Source: Chthoniobacterales bacterium
GTDB taxonomy: Bacteria; Verrucomicrobiota; Verrucomicrobiia; Chthoniobacterales; JACTMZ01
Reading direction: 5' to 3'
Length of the DNA stretch: 64,000 nucleotides
NCBI GenBank assembly: GCA_049451035.1
Contig: JBMTVD010000001.1
Location: 910-64,909 of the forward strand
In this document: positions 9,840-19,286 of the stretch, piece after piece
How positions within the stretch are numbered: the first letter of the stretch is position 1
Layout of the letters: each line of letters opens with the position of its first letter
Notes under the pieces: generated by a model
What the model was told of the DNA's origin: nothing
Database searches by the model: none
The model's input: only the letters and a program-made list of their open reading frames with translations
Translations under genes and position numbers: made by a program

Positions 9840-11558
9840 ATGGCCCTTGAATCCGCGCTCCAGTGGTGGCTCCACGCCATCGAGCAAGGTTCATCCGCGC
9901 GCTGGGTGCGGCGCGCGGTCGTCACCGTGGTCTTCGCGGCCCTGGCGCTTTTCTGGTTGCTGAACAAATTCAACGGGTTTTCCGCGCCGGACGCCATGGA
10001 CCAGGCGCAGATCGCGCGCCAAATCGCTTCCGGCAAGGGGTTCACCACGCAGTACGCCCGCCCGCTCGCGCTGCGCGTTTTCGCGGCGCGCGGACCGGTG
10101 CCCGACCCGCTGCCCGAAATCAACCAGGCGCCGCTGGGACCGCTGATGAGCGCCGCGGTCTTGCTCGTGACCGGGAGCAAGCGGAATGACTTCGTGGGCG
10201 GGGCCACGTTCGCGGGCGACCTGTTCATCGCGGCCACGGGCATGGCCTGCTTGCTGGCTTCGCTGGGGCTGGCCTTCCTGCTTGGCCGGACTTTGTTCGA
10301 CGGGCGTCTGGCGCTCCTGGCCACCGGGTTGGCCGTGGCCACGGCCCTGCTCTGGCGTTTCGGCATCTCCGGGCTTCCGCAACCCGCCATGCTGTGTTTT
10401 TTCAACGGCGCGCTGCTTTGTCTGGTCTTCGCGCTCAGAGCGTCCGATGCGGGAGATCCGCAACGCACCGTCACCCGGGTCGCGGCCGCGGCTTTCCTGC
10501 TGGCGATGGTCACGCTGGGCAACGGCATTGCCGTCTGGATGTTCGCCGGTTTCCTCGCGTTCATCGCCGTGGCGCTTCGTCCGCGAGGGTTGGTGGTGCC
10601 GGTCGCGCTGGGTTGCTACACGGCGCCTCTCCTGCCCTGGATCTGGCACAACATGCGGGCGAGCGGCGTGCCGACGGGCTTTGCACACTTTGCTTTGATG
10701 CGCCCGGCGGGGGTCGACGAACTCGCCTTCGCCGCCAACTTCGAGCAGCGCATGGAATTCCACTGGGGCGATTTTCTGGCCAACACCGCGGAGAACGCAC
10801 TCCGGCAGTTGACGGATCTTTCCGGCCTGCTCGGCTACAACATCGTCGCCGCTGCGTTTTTTCTCGCCGTGCTCTTCCACGCTTTCGCGAAGTGGGAGGC
10901 CGCGCAACTGCGTTGGGCGGTGCTCCTCATGTGGGCGGCGGCTTTCGCCGGCATGTCGGTGTTCGGCACGGGCGGCCTCGTGTCGGTCAACCAACTCCAC
11001 ATCCTCTTCCTGCCCGTGATGATTACGTACGGGTTGGCTTTTCTCCTCCACTTGTGGGATCGCCTCGGCTTCGGGCAACCACTGCTCAGAACGGCCTTCA
11101 TGGTGCTCCTTTTCGCGGCCGTGGCCCCACCCATGCTGGCCTCGGTGACCGGTCGACCACCTCGTTTCAACTGGCCGCCCTATGTGCCGCCGCTGGTAAC
11201 GCAATTCGGCAACTGGCTCGGACCCGATGAAGCCCTCGCCTCGGATATTCCGTGGGCCACGGCCTGGTACGCCGGTCGCCGCTCGCTGCTTCTTCCCGAG
11301 AGCGTGGAACAATTCGAGTTGATCGGCAACGAAGGTCTGCTTGGCGCACCACTCGTCGCCATCTATCTCACCCCGGCCAGCAGCGGCGGGATGTCCTATG
11401 CGGGTATCGTCAACGGCCGCTATCGCGATTGGGCGTCCATCGTCATGGACGACCGCGGGGCGCGCCCGCCCGCCTCGTGGCGGTTGCGCAGCAAAGTCAG
11501 CCTGCCCATCGACGGGGAGTCCCTCTTCCTCAGCGACCGCAAGAGGTGGGAGAAGTGA
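9840..11558 (+). CDS. Polytopic membrane protein, GT-C/ArnT-like (tandem paralog 1)
   Basis: 572 aa, starting 7 nt after the regulator stop. Motifs are PDAMDQAQIARQIASGKGF (compare the ArnT DExRYAE loop), LLWRFGISGLPQP, SVNQLHILFLPV, and a C-terminal soluble part NWPPYVPP...DIPWATAWYAGRRSLLLPESVEQF. Confidence 0.75.
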   Translation: MALESALQWWLHAIEQGSSARWVRRAVVTVVFAALALFWLLNKFNGFSAPDAMDQAQIARQIASGKGFTTQYARPLALRVFAARGPVPDPLPEINQAPLGPLMSAAVLLVTGSKRNDFVGGATFAGDLFIAATGMACLLASLGLAFLLGRTLFDGRLALLATGLAVATALLWRFGISGLPQPAMLCFFNGALLCLVFALRASDAGDPQRTVTRVAAAAFLLAMVTLGNGIAVWMFAGFLAFIAVALRPRGLVVPVALGCYTAPLLPWIWHNMRASGVPTGFAHFALMRPAGVDELAFAANFEQRMEFHWGDFLANTAENALRQLTDLSGLLGYNIVAAAFFLAVLFHAFAKWEAAQLRWAVLLMWAAAFAGMSVFGTGGLVSVNQLHILFLPVMITYGLAFLLHLWDRLGFGQPLLRTAFMVLLFAAVAPPMLASVTGRPPRFNWPPYVPPLVTQFGNWLGPDEALASDIPWATAWYAGRRSLLLPESVEQFELIGNEGLLGAPLVAIYLTPASSGGMSYAGIVNGRYRDWASIVMDDRGARPPASWRLRSKVSLPIDGESLFLSDRKRWEK

Positions 11559-11613
11559 AGAGGTTCGGAGTCGACGCACGGAAAGTCCGCGCATAGAAGT
11601 CGGGAGCGCCGCC

Positions 11614-13356
11614 ATGCTGCAAAACGAGGACATCAAGGTTCAGGAGTTGGTGCACCAGGTCGAACTGGGCGCGCTCAAGGTCTGGGTGTTGCGGGCCGCG
11701 TTCGTGGCGGCCGTGGCCGGGGTGGCCTCGCTGTACTTGGTTTTCAATTTCCGCGGCCTCGACAGCGAGACAGCAATGGACCAGGCGCAGGTGGGGCGCC
11801 AGATCGCGGCCGGCGCCGGATACTCCACGCTCTACATCCGCCCGCTGGCCGTATGGCAATTCATCGAAGGCCGCGGTGAGAGGCCCTCGGGCTATTTTCC
11901 GGATACCTACAACTTTCCGCTGAACCCGGCGATCAACGCGGTGCTGCTCCGGCCGGTCAAGCGCTGGTGGCCGATGGAACCCTCCGATGTGGTTTACTTC
12001 GCCGACCGCGTCATCGCCGCGGGCGGCATGTTGATGTTCCTGGCCTCGGTTGTCCTGGTCTTTTTCCTCGTGCGGGAAGTTTTCGACCGGAAAATCGCCT
12101 GGCTCACCGCCTCGCTCGTCCTCGTCACGGACATGATGTGGCGATTCTCGGTCTCGGGCTTGCCGCAGAATGCGGTTCTGCTCCTTTTTCTGGCCGCGTT
12201 GTTTTTCATCCATCGCGCGTTGGTCGCGCGGGAGTCGGGAAGGGACGGCCCCATGCTGCTGCATCTCTCCGCCGGGGCGTTGTTCCTCGGACTGGGCACG
12301 CTCGCCCATCCCTCTGTCACCTGGATTTTCCTCGGGTTCCTTGTTTTCACCTCGGTCTGGTTCCGTCCGCGCAGCGTCAGCGCGCTGCTTGTCTTCTTCG
12401 TCTACTTGCTCGTGGTGGCGCCCTGGCTGGTCCGCAACTATCTGGTGTGCGGCAATCCCCTCGGCCTTGGCGTCTTTGCCGTCCTCGACGGCACGGCCGG
12501 ATCGGAGTCGTATTTCATGCGCAACTTGCAGCCCGACCTGTCGAGTTTCGGCGCGGTGCGCGCCAAGTTGCGCAGCGGCTTCACCGGGCAATTCGAGAAC
12601 CTTTTCACCTATCTCGGCTTCAACGCCGCGGCCGCGGCATTCTTTTTCGCGTTGCTCCACATTTTCCGGCGCAAAGAAACCAACATGCTGCGTTGGTGCG
12701 TCCTGCTCATGTGGGCCGGAGCGGCGGTCGGGATGGCTCTCTTTTCGCCGCAGGGTGCCGTCTCGACCAACCAGCTCCACATGCTTTTTGTCCCGATTTT
12801 CGCCGCCTACGGCATGGCTTTCCTCCTCGTGTTGTGGAACCGCATGGAAATCCGCTTCGAACCGGCTCGCCGGGCCTTCCTCGGGGCGGTCTGTGCGATC
12901 ACCGCCCTGCCGATGGCGATCAACCTCCTCACCGCGCCGCCGACGCAGGTCAACTGGCCGCCCTACGCGCCGCCCTTCATCAACGCCGTGTGCCGTTGGA
13001 TCCAGCCCGGCGAGTTCATCTGCTCGGATATGCCATGGGCCACCGCCTGGTACGGCGGGCGGGCCTCGCTGCTTCTTCCCTCGACCGTCGAGCAATTCAT
13101 CCAGTTGCACGACTACAAAACTCTGGGCGGACCCATCAACGGACTTTATCTTACCCCGGTGTCCGGCAACCAACCCTTCCTCTCGCAAATCGCACGCGGC
13201 GAATACAAAGCGTGGGGGCACTACATTCTCCGGCGCGCCGAACTCGACCCTTTCTACAGCGCATTCCCGCTGAAGCAAAAAGTCGACCTGCCGATCGGCG
13301 GGGAGTGCGTCTTCTATTCCGATGTCGACCGGTGGACCGTCCGCGAGGATCTCTGA
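11614..13356 (+). CDS. Polytopic membrane protein, GT-C/ArnT-like (tandem paralog 2)
   Basis: ATG 11614 (MLQNEDIKVQ...). It has the same motif order as 9840..11558: ETAMDQAQVGRQIAAGAGY, MMWRFSVSGLPQN, STNQLHMLFVPI, NWPPYAPP...DMPWATAWYGGRASLLLPSTVEQF. Confidence 0.75.
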   Translation: MLQNEDIKVQELVHQVELGALKVWVLRAAFVAAVAGVASLYLVFNFRGLDSETAMDQAQVGRQIAAGAGYSTLYIRPLAVWQFIEGRGERPSGYFPDTYNFPLNPAINAVLLRPVKRWWPMEPSDVVYFADRVIAAGGMLMFLASVVLVFFLVREVFDRKIAWLTASLVLVTDMMWRFSVSGLPQNAVLLLFLAALFFIHRALVARESGRDGPMLLHLSAGALFLGLGTLAHPSVTWIFLGFLVFTSVWFRPRSVSALLVFFVYLLVVAPWLVRNYLVCGNPLGLGVFAVLDGTAGSESYFMRNLQPDLSSFGAVRAKLRSGFTGQFENLFTYLGFNAAAAAFFFALLHIFRRKETNMLRWCVLLMWAGAAVGMALFSPQGAVSTNQLHMLFVPIFAAYGMAFLLVLWNRMEIRFEPARRAFLGAVCAITALPMAINLLTAPPTQVNWPPYAPPFINAVCRWIQPGEFICSDMPWATAWYGGRASLLLPSTVEQFIQLHDYKTLGGPINGLYLTPVSGNQPFLSQIARGEYKAWGHYILRRAELDPFYSAFPLKQKVDLPIGGECVFYSDVDRWTVREDL

Positions 13357-13358
13357 AC

Positions 13359-13610
13359 ATGGCCAAAGCAAAGAAGGAAGAAACCCGCAGCTTCGAGGAG
13401 GCCATGAAACGGCTCGACGAAATCGTCGGGCAACTGGAGGAGGACAAGCTTCCCTTGGACAAAATGATTTCTCTCTACGAGGAGGGAGTGGCACTGGCCC
13501 GTGCTTGCGGTGAAAAACTGGAAGTCGCCGAGCAAAAAGTCCGCCTCATCGCCAAAAAGGCCGGCGGCGGCGTAGCTCTGGAAGAATTCGATGAATCCGA
13601 GGAAAACTGA
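13359..13610 (+). CDS. xseB: Exodeoxyribonuclease VII small subunit
   Basis: 83 aa: MAKAKKEETRSFEEAMKRLDEIVGQLEEDKLPLDKMISLYEEGVALARACGEKL. This is the typical XseB pattern, and it sits directly upstream of dxs as in many bacteria. Confidence 0.85.
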   Translation: MAKAKKEETRSFEEAMKRLDEIVGQLEEDKLPLDKMISLYEEGVALARACGEKLEVAEQKVRLIAKKAGGGVALEEFDESEEN

Positions 13611-15507
13611 CCCGCGGCTTTTGCCCGCGATCAAAGGCCCGGCCGACGTGCGGGCCCTGCCCGAGGCGGATCTGCCGGTCCTCGCACAGGAAATCCGCGG
13701 CGAATTGGTCCGCGCCGTCTCCAAAACCGGCGGCCACCTCGGCCCGAACCTCGGGGTCGTCGAACTCACCATCGCGCTGCACCGCGCCTTCGATTCGCCG
13801 AAGGACAAAATCCTCTTCGATGTCAGCCATCAGGGCTACGTCCATAAAATGCTGACCGGGCGTGCCGCCCACATCGACAGCATCCGCCAATATGAGGGAC
13901 TCAACGGCTTCCTGCTCCGCACCGAAAGCGAGCACGACTGCTACGGCGCGGGGCACGCCGGCACCGCCCTCTCCGCCGGCCTCGGCATGGCGGCGGCGCG
14001 CGACCTGCGCGGCTCGGATGAACATGTGGTGGTCGTGGCGGGAGACGCGGCCTTCACCTGCGGCGTGAGCTTCGAGGCGCTCAACAATGTCTCCGAGACC
14101 ACCAAGCGCCTCATCGTCGTGCTCAACGACAACGAGTGGTCCATCTCCCGGAACGTCGGGGCGGTGGCCAGCTACCTGAGCAAGATCACAACCAGCCCCG
14201 CCTACGCGCACCTGCACGAGCAGGCCGCCAAATTCATCGAGGCCGTGGGCGGCAAGGGCGCCCTTGCCCTCGCCCACAAGGTCGAGACCGGGGTGAAGCA
14301 TATGCTCCTTCCCAGCGTGATCTTCGAGGATCTGGGCTTCCGCTACTACGGCCCGATCGACGGCCACGACACCGCCCTGCTGGCCCGCACTTTCGAATTC
14401 CTCAAAACCCAGCCCGAACCGGTTATCCTCCACATTCTGACGACCAAGGGCAAAGGCTACGCGCCGGCCCTGCAGCAGCCGGACAAATTTCACGGGCTCG
14501 GCAAATTCAAGCCCGACACCGGCGAAACCGAACCAGCGACCGCGCCGACCTACTCGCAAATTTTCGGGACGAAGTTGTCCGACTTCGCCGACCACAACAA
14601 CCGGATCGTGGCCATCACCGCGGCCATGGCCGGCGGCACGGGCTTGAGCATTTTCGAAAAACGCCATCCCGACCGCTATTATGACGTGGGCATCGCCGAG
14701 GAACACGCCGCGCTCTTCGCCAGCGGCCTGGCCACGCAGGGATTCAAACCCTTTTTGACCATCTACAGCACGTTCATGCAACGCGCCTACGACATGCTCA
14801 TCCATGACATCGCGCTGCAGAACCTCAATGTCGCTCTCTGCATGGACCGCGCGGGCCTGAGCGGCGACGACGGCCCCACCCACCACGGTCTCTTCGACAT
14901 CGGTTATCTCCGGCATGTGCCGAATTTCGTCTTCATGCAACCCAAAGACGAAGAGGAGTTCGCCGATATGCTCTGGACCATGGCAAACTACCACCGGGGG
15001 CCGATCGCCATCCGCTACCCGCGCGGGGCCGGTCCGGGGGCCCACCCCAAGGAGCACCCGCAGATTCTCGAAATCGGGCAGAGCGAGGTCCTGCGTCACG
15101 GGCGGCGCGTTCTTTTGCTGGGCCTGGGCAACATGGTCGAGATGGCCGAGAAAACCGCCGACCTCCTGGCCGCGCAGGGCATCGAGGCCGCGGTGATCAA
15201 TGCGCGCTGGATCAAACCCCTGGACACCCAGACGCTGGAATTCTTCGCCCGCGGGGCCGAGGTCGTGTGCACCTTCGAGGACCATGTCCTGCACAACGGC
15301 TACGGATCGGCGGTCATCGAGGCCCTGGCCGACGCCCGCATCACCACACCGGTGATCCGCATGGGCTGGCCGGATGAATTCATCGAACACGGCAGCATCG
15401 GGGTGCTGCGCGAAAAGCACGGACTGACCGCCGAGAACGCGGTCAAAAAGATCCTCGCCGAGCTCAAGGCGACGTCCACCACCGCGGCATCTTCGCCGGC
15501 GGCCTGA
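13591..15507 (+). CDS. dxs: 1-deoxy-D-xylulose-5-phosphate synthase
   Basis: 638 aa. Motifs GGHLGPNLGVVELTIALH, DVSHQGYVHKMLTGR, DVGIAEEHA and the transketolase-like C-terminus. Confidence 0.95.
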   Translation: MNPRKTDPRLLPAIKGPADVRALPEADLPVLAQEIRGELVRAVSKTGGHLGPNLGVVELTIALHRAFDSPKDKILFDVSHQGYVHKMLTGRAAHIDSIRQYEGLNGFLLRTESEHDCYGAGHAGTALSAGLGMAAARDLRGSDEHVVVVAGDAAFTCGVSFEALNNVSETTKRLIVVLNDNEWSISRNVGAVASYLSKITTSPAYAHLHEQAAKFIEAVGGKGALALAHKVETGVKHMLLPSVIFEDLGFRYYGPIDGHDTALLARTFEFLKTQPEPVILHILTTKGKGYAPALQQPDKFHGLGKFKPDTGETEPATAPTYSQIFGTKLSDFADHNNRIVAITAAMAGGTGLSIFEKRHPDRYYDVGIAEEHAALFASGLATQGFKPFLTIYSTFMQRAYDMLIHDIALQNLNVALCMDRAGLSGDDGPTHHGLFDIGYLRHVPNFVFMQPKDEEEFADMLWTMANYHRGPIAIRYPRGAGPGAHPKEHPQILEIGQSEVLRHGRRVLLLGLGNMVEMAEKTADLLAAQGIEAAVINARWIKPLDTQTLEFFARGAEVVCTFEDHVLHNGYGSAVIEALADARITTPVIRMGWPDEFIEHGSIGVLREKHGLTAENAVKKILAELKATSTTAASSPAA

Positions 15508-15520
15508 CCAGCGGGCGGTT

Positions 15521-16117
15521 GTGACGCACGCATTCCACCCGGGGACGTGTCCCGCGCTCCTGCTGCTCCACGGAACGGGCGGAAACGAACATGACCTCGT
15601 TCCCCTCGGGCGGCTGGTCCGCCCGGGCGCGGCACTGCTCAGTCCGCGGGGCGAAGTGGATGAACACGGGCAACTGCGCTTCTTCCGTCGACTCGCGCCC
15701 GGAGTTTTCGACGAGGCGGATCTGGTCCGTCGGACGCACCAGTTGGCCGATTTCGTCGAAGACCAGGGCGAACGGCACCATTTGCGGCAAATGGTCGCCA
15801 TCGGATATTCCAACGGTGCCAATATTGCCGCGGCGATGCTTCTGCTCAGACCAGGCATCCTCTCCGGCGCGATCCTCTTGCGTGCCATGGTTCCCCTCGA
15901 ACCGACGCACCCGCCGGATTTGGGGGACCTACCCGTGCTCATCCTCGCCGGAAGACACGACGAAATGATGTCCCCCGACCAACCCCAGCGCCTCGCCGCG
16001 CTGCTCCTCGGTGCCGGTGCCGAAGTCACCCTCGAGTGGCAAGAGAACGGTCACGGGTTGGAGGCCTCGGACTGCAAAAAGGCCGCGGCTTGGCTGGAAA
16101 ACCATTTCCCGGTGTGA
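15521..16117 (+). CDS. Alpha/beta hydrolase (phospholipase/carboxylesterase family)
   Basis: 198 aa. LLLLHGTGGNEHDL and the nucleophile elbow GYSNGA. Confidence 0.8.
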   Translation: MTHAFHPGTCPALLLLHGTGGNEHDLVPLGRLVRPGAALLSPRGEVDEHGQLRFFRRLAPGVFDEADLVRRTHQLADFVEDQGERHHLRQMVAIGYSNGANIAAAMLLLRPGILSGAILLRAMVPLEPTHPPDLGDLPVLILAGRHDEMMSPDQPQRLAALLLGAGAEVTLEWQENGHGLEASDCKKAAAWLENHFPV

Positions 16118-16121
16118 AGAC

Positions 16122-16144
16122 GGACAAAACTTTTGTCCTTTCTT
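16122..16144 (+). terminator. Intrinsic terminator after the hydrolase gene
   Basis: GGACAAAACTTTTGTCC hairpin followed by TTTCTT. Confidence 0.5.
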
Positions 16145-16276
16145 GACGGTTCCAGCGGGTTTAGACCCCGAACTGACAACAACCAACCGCACGAATTCGC
16201 CCATGAACCCGCCCGTCACAGCCCGGCACAACCTGCTCTTTTTTCCTGCCGGGCGGTCGGGAGAATCGCCGACCAC

Positions 16277-16675
16277 GTGAGGACCCCGTCGCAATTCTAC
16301 CTGTCATGGGGCGGCGAGATCTACGGACCTTCGTCAAGAGAAGAGGTCTTGGCCGGCATCCGCACCGCTTGGTTCGAGGAGGGCACCCTTTTTTGGCACG
16401 AGGGCCTGGTGGAGTGGATGCCTCTCGAGGAGTTTTCCGCGACGCACGAAAACTCGGCTGACGGGACTCCTCCCACTCCCGCCCAAGTCAGCAGGCCGAC
16501 CTCTCCGACCCCGCCGGCATCCGGTAGACCGGAGAAAAAGCGTCCCCGCAACTTGCCGGGAGCCAATCCGGCGCCGCGCCGCTTGGGAAATCAGGGGAAG
16601 TTGATATTTTTCGGCTTTGCCTTGCTCGCGGTGGGCCTGACGGTGGGAATCCTGTTGCTGCTGATGCTCGTTTGA
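16277..16675 (+). CDS. GYF_2 (DUF4339) domain protein with Pro-rich linker and C-terminal TM anchor
   Basis: FYLSWGGEIYGPSSREEVLAGIRTAWFEEGTLFWHEGLVEWMPLEEF is GYF-like. The C-terminus is LIFFGFALLAVGLTVGILLLLMLV. The track start (TTG 16133) lies inside the upstream terminator, so I prefer GTG 16277. Confidence 0.6.
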   Translation: MRTPSQFYLSWGGEIYGPSSREEVLAGIRTAWFEEGTLFWHEGLVEWMPLEEFSATHENSADGTPPTPAQVSRPTSPTPPASGRPEKKRPRNLPGANPAPRRLGNQGKLIFFGFALLAVGLTVGILLLLMLV

Positions 16676-16678
16676 GCC

Positions 16679-17947
16679 TCAGCGGTTCCCGACCGCTGCA
16701 GCCACTTTCAGACGCAACGCATTGAGCCGGATGAACCCGGTGGCGTCGGACTGGTCGTAAGCCTGCGTCGGATCGGCTTCCATGGTGGCCAAGTGCGGAT
16801 TGTAGAGGCTGAGCGGACTGCGGCGCCCGGCGGCGATGACGTTGCCTTTGTAAAGTTTGACACGAACCTCGCCGGAAACGTTCTTCTGCGTTTCCTCGAC
16901 CAGTGCCTGCAAGGCCTCCCGTTCCGGAGCGAACCAGAACCCGTTGTAGACGAGGGTGCTGTAGCGCGGGATGAGCGAGTCGCGCAGGTGCATGGCCTCG
17001 CGGTCCATGGTGAGCGATTCCATCTGCCGGTGCGCGAAGTGAAGAATTGCGCCTCCCGGCGTTTCGTAGACGCCGCGGCTCTTCATCCCGACGAAGCGGT
17101 TTTCCACCATGTCGACCCGGCCGATGCCGTGCTTGCCGCCGAGTTTGTTCAAGACTCTCATGACCATGAGGGGGCCGAGTTGACGGCCGTCGCCTCCGTG
17201 TCCGAGTTCCTTGAGCGCCTGCTCGACACCGGCACCCTCCAGGCCCGTGCAATCTCCCTTGTGGAAATGCAGGATGATGCACTCCGCCTCGTCCGGGGCG
17301 TCCTCCGGGGCCACGCTCAGGCGGAACATGTCTTTGTTTTCCTCGTCGCTGGCATCGAACCAGGGATCCTCGAGGATGCCGCTTTCGTAGCTGATGTGCA
17401 GGAGGTTGCGATCCATCGAGTAGGGTTTTTTCGCGGTGACCGGGACGGGAATACCATGCGCCTCGGCGTAGGCGATCATCTCGGCGCGACCGGGAAACTT
17501 CTCGCGAAAGCGTTCCTGCCGCCAAGGAGCGATGATTTCAAGCTGCGGCGCGAGGGCCGCGGCGGCCAACTCGAAGCGCACCTGGTCGTTGCCTTTGCCC
17601 GTGGCACCGTGGGCCACGGCCTGCGCACCTTCCGACCGCGCGATCTCGACCATGCGCTTGGCGATGAGGGGCCGGGCAATGCTCGTGCCGAGGAAATACT
17701 GCCCCTCGTAGAGCGCTCCGGCGCGGAACATCGGGAAAATGAAGTCGCGCGCAAACTCCTCTTGGAGGTCCTCAACGAAGCATTTGGCCGCACCGGTGCG
17801 CAGCGCTTTGGCCTCGAGACCATCCAGTTCCTCCTCCTGGCCGATATTGGCGCAAAAGGCAACCACCTCCGCCCCGTAGGTTTCTTTCAGCCATTGCAGC
17901 AGGACCGAGGTATCGAGTCCGCCCGAGTAAGCGCAAACAATCTTCAT
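16679..17947 (-). CDS. argG: Argininosuccinate synthase
   Basis: ATG 17947 gives [33 protein letters not shown] is present. About 422 aa. Confidence 0.95.
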   Translation of the reverse strand: MKIVCAYSGGLDTSVLLQWLKETYGAEVVAFCANIGQEEELDGLEAKALRTGAAKCFVEDLQEEFARDFIFPMFRAGALYEGQYFLGTSIARPLIAKRMVEIARSEGAQAVAHGATGKGNDQVRFELAAAALAPQLEIIAPWRQERFREKFPGRAEMIAYAEAHGIPVPVTAKKPYSMDRNLLHISYESGILEDPWFDASDEENKDMFRLSVAPEDAPDEAECIILHFHKGDCTGLEGAGVEQALKELGHGGDGRQLGPLMVMRVLNKLGGKHGIGRVDMVENRFVGMKSRGVYETPGGAILHFAHRQMESLTMDREAMHLRDSLIPRYSTLVYNGFWFAPEREALQALVEETQKNVSGEVRVKLYKGNVIAAGRRSPLSLYNPHLATMEADPTQAYDQSDATGFIRLNALRLKVAAAVGNR

Positions 17948-18044
17948 CGTCAGGTTTCTAAATCGGGCTCCGGCCGGTGGCAATGCCGGGGAACGGCCCG
18001 CGTCGAGCTTGCGGGCTCGTCCGCGGTCCGTAAACTTGCCGGCG

Positions 18045-18515
18045 ATGAAGGTCTCCAAACGCGGAGAATACGCACTGCGCGCCCTGATCGACCTGGGCAT
18101 CGCTGCCGAGTCCGGGCGCCCTATCCTCCGCGCCCAGGAGATCGTGGCGCGCGAAAACCTGCCCAAGGGCTTCCTCGATCAGATCCTCATGCAGCTGCGC
18201 CAAGCCGGATTCATTTCCACCAAGCGCGGCAAGCAAGGCGGCTACTTTCTGGCCAAGCCGATGGACAGCATCACGCTCGGCCAGGTGGTGCGCGTGATCG
18301 ACGGCCCCCTCGCCCCGATCCGTTGCGTGAGCCAGAGCAAATACCAAAAGTGCTCGTGCCCCGACGAATCGACCTGCGGACTGCGCGCGGTCATGCTCGA
18401 GGTCCGCAATTCCATCTCCGATATCCTCGATCGCCACACCCTGGCGGCGGCGGTGCAAAGTTCCATCGCCAAAATGCGGGCCTGCGGAAAATTGCCGCGG
18501 ACGGGCGCGGCGTGA
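18045..18515 (+). CDS. Rrf2-family transcriptional regulator (probable Fe-S cluster type)
   Basis: [18 protein letters not shown]... is a winged HTH. The Cys cluster is [18 protein letters not shown]. Confidence 0.9.
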   Translation: MKVSKRGEYALRALIDLGIAAESGRPILRAQEIVARENLPKGFLDQILMQLRQAGFISTKRGKQGGYFLAKPMDSITLGQVVRVIDGPLAPIRCVSQSKYQKCSCPDESTCGLRAVMLEVRNSISDILDRHTLAAAVQSSIAKMRACGKLPRTGAA

Positions 18516-18519
18516 GTTT

Positions 18520-19197
18520 TCATCCTCCGGTCAACCACTCCCACAGGTGCCGCGCACCGGCTGCCCCGAGCAAGAAGATCAGCCCGACGTAGCACAGCCC
18601 GACCAAGGCGAAGGCGTAACCGACAAGGGTGCACACGCCGTCGCGCTCCATGATGCCGAGCGCCATGAAAATGATGGCAAAGCCCGGAATCGTGTTGGTC
18701 AGCGGAAACGGTGGCGGAATGGGCAGGCTGAGGAGGATACCCCCGATCATGATCATGAATCCCATGAGATTGATCATGCCGGGCCAACGCTGCAGGAAAT
18801 GCATGCGGGGTCGCACCAATTTTTCCACCTTGCGGTAGAAGCCCGCGGTCGCGGCAACCAGCTTTTTCAGCAAGTCGTAGGGTATCTCGCGCCGCAGAAC
18901 AAAGTCCGGCAGCCAGAAATTGCGCCCCAATGCGAGCCGCAACCCGCACAGCGCAATCGCCACGCCGAACGGAATCGAGAGCCCGGGGATGGCGACCGGA
19001 AAGAGGAAAGGTGCGCAAAGCAAGACAACGAGGGCGGGCAGCCCGCGGAAGTGCAGATGCTCGACGATCGTGCGCAGGGCCATCGGTTGACCGGGCGCGA
19101 TCACGAGCAGGCTCTCCAGTTCGTCACTGAGACGCAGGGGTTGGCCGGCTGCATCTCCATGCCCGGCGCGCGGCTCCGGAGGTTCACCCGCGATCAT
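18520..19197 (-). CDS. ExoD-family membrane protein
   Basis: ALRTIVEHLHFRGLPALVVLLCAPFLFPVAIPGLSIPFG and the later TM segments match the ExoD pattern. I prefer ATG 19197 over the track start 19278. Confidence 0.75.
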   Translation of the reverse strand: MIAGEPPEPRAGHGDAAGQPLRLSDELESLLVIAPGQPMALRTIVEHLHFRGLPALVVLLCAPFLFPVAIPGLSIPFGVAIALCGLRLALGRNFWLPDFVLRREIPYDLLKKLVAATAGFYRKVEKLVRPRMHFLQRWPGMINLMGFMIMIGGILLSLPIPPPFPLTNTIPGFAIIFMALGIMERDGVCTLVGYAFALVGLCYVGLIFLLGAAGARHLWEWLTGG

Positions 19198-19286
19198 ATT
19201 CGAACGGGCAGCATAGCGGAGCCGGCGCAGGCGGCAAATTTTCAATCGCCGCCCACGCCGGGAGCCGTTAGTTTCCATGCCGCCAC

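Noticed and set aside
13546-16029. 827-aa ORF antisense to dxs and the hydrolase gene. Similar long antisense ORFs lie opposite greA (19242..20990), the GT-C paralogs (9891..11636, 11530..13494), dnaA/dnaN (38826..41247), argA (41736..43736), nadB (44513..46066), GH13 (47459..49063), gpgS (51409..52455), the OMP gene (53425..54429), glnN (55151..56491) and rnhC (56984..58165).
   Set aside because: In every case the opposite strand carries a confidently recognised or clearly protein-like gene. The antisense product is low-complexity and Arg/Gly/Pro-rich.
16133-16276. N-terminal 48 codons of the track ORF for the GYF-domain protein
   Set aside because: The TTG start lies inside the terminator hairpin of the upstream gene. 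The encoded residues (MSFLDGSSGFRPRTDNNQPHEFAHEPARH...) look non-coding, so GTG 16277 is preferred.
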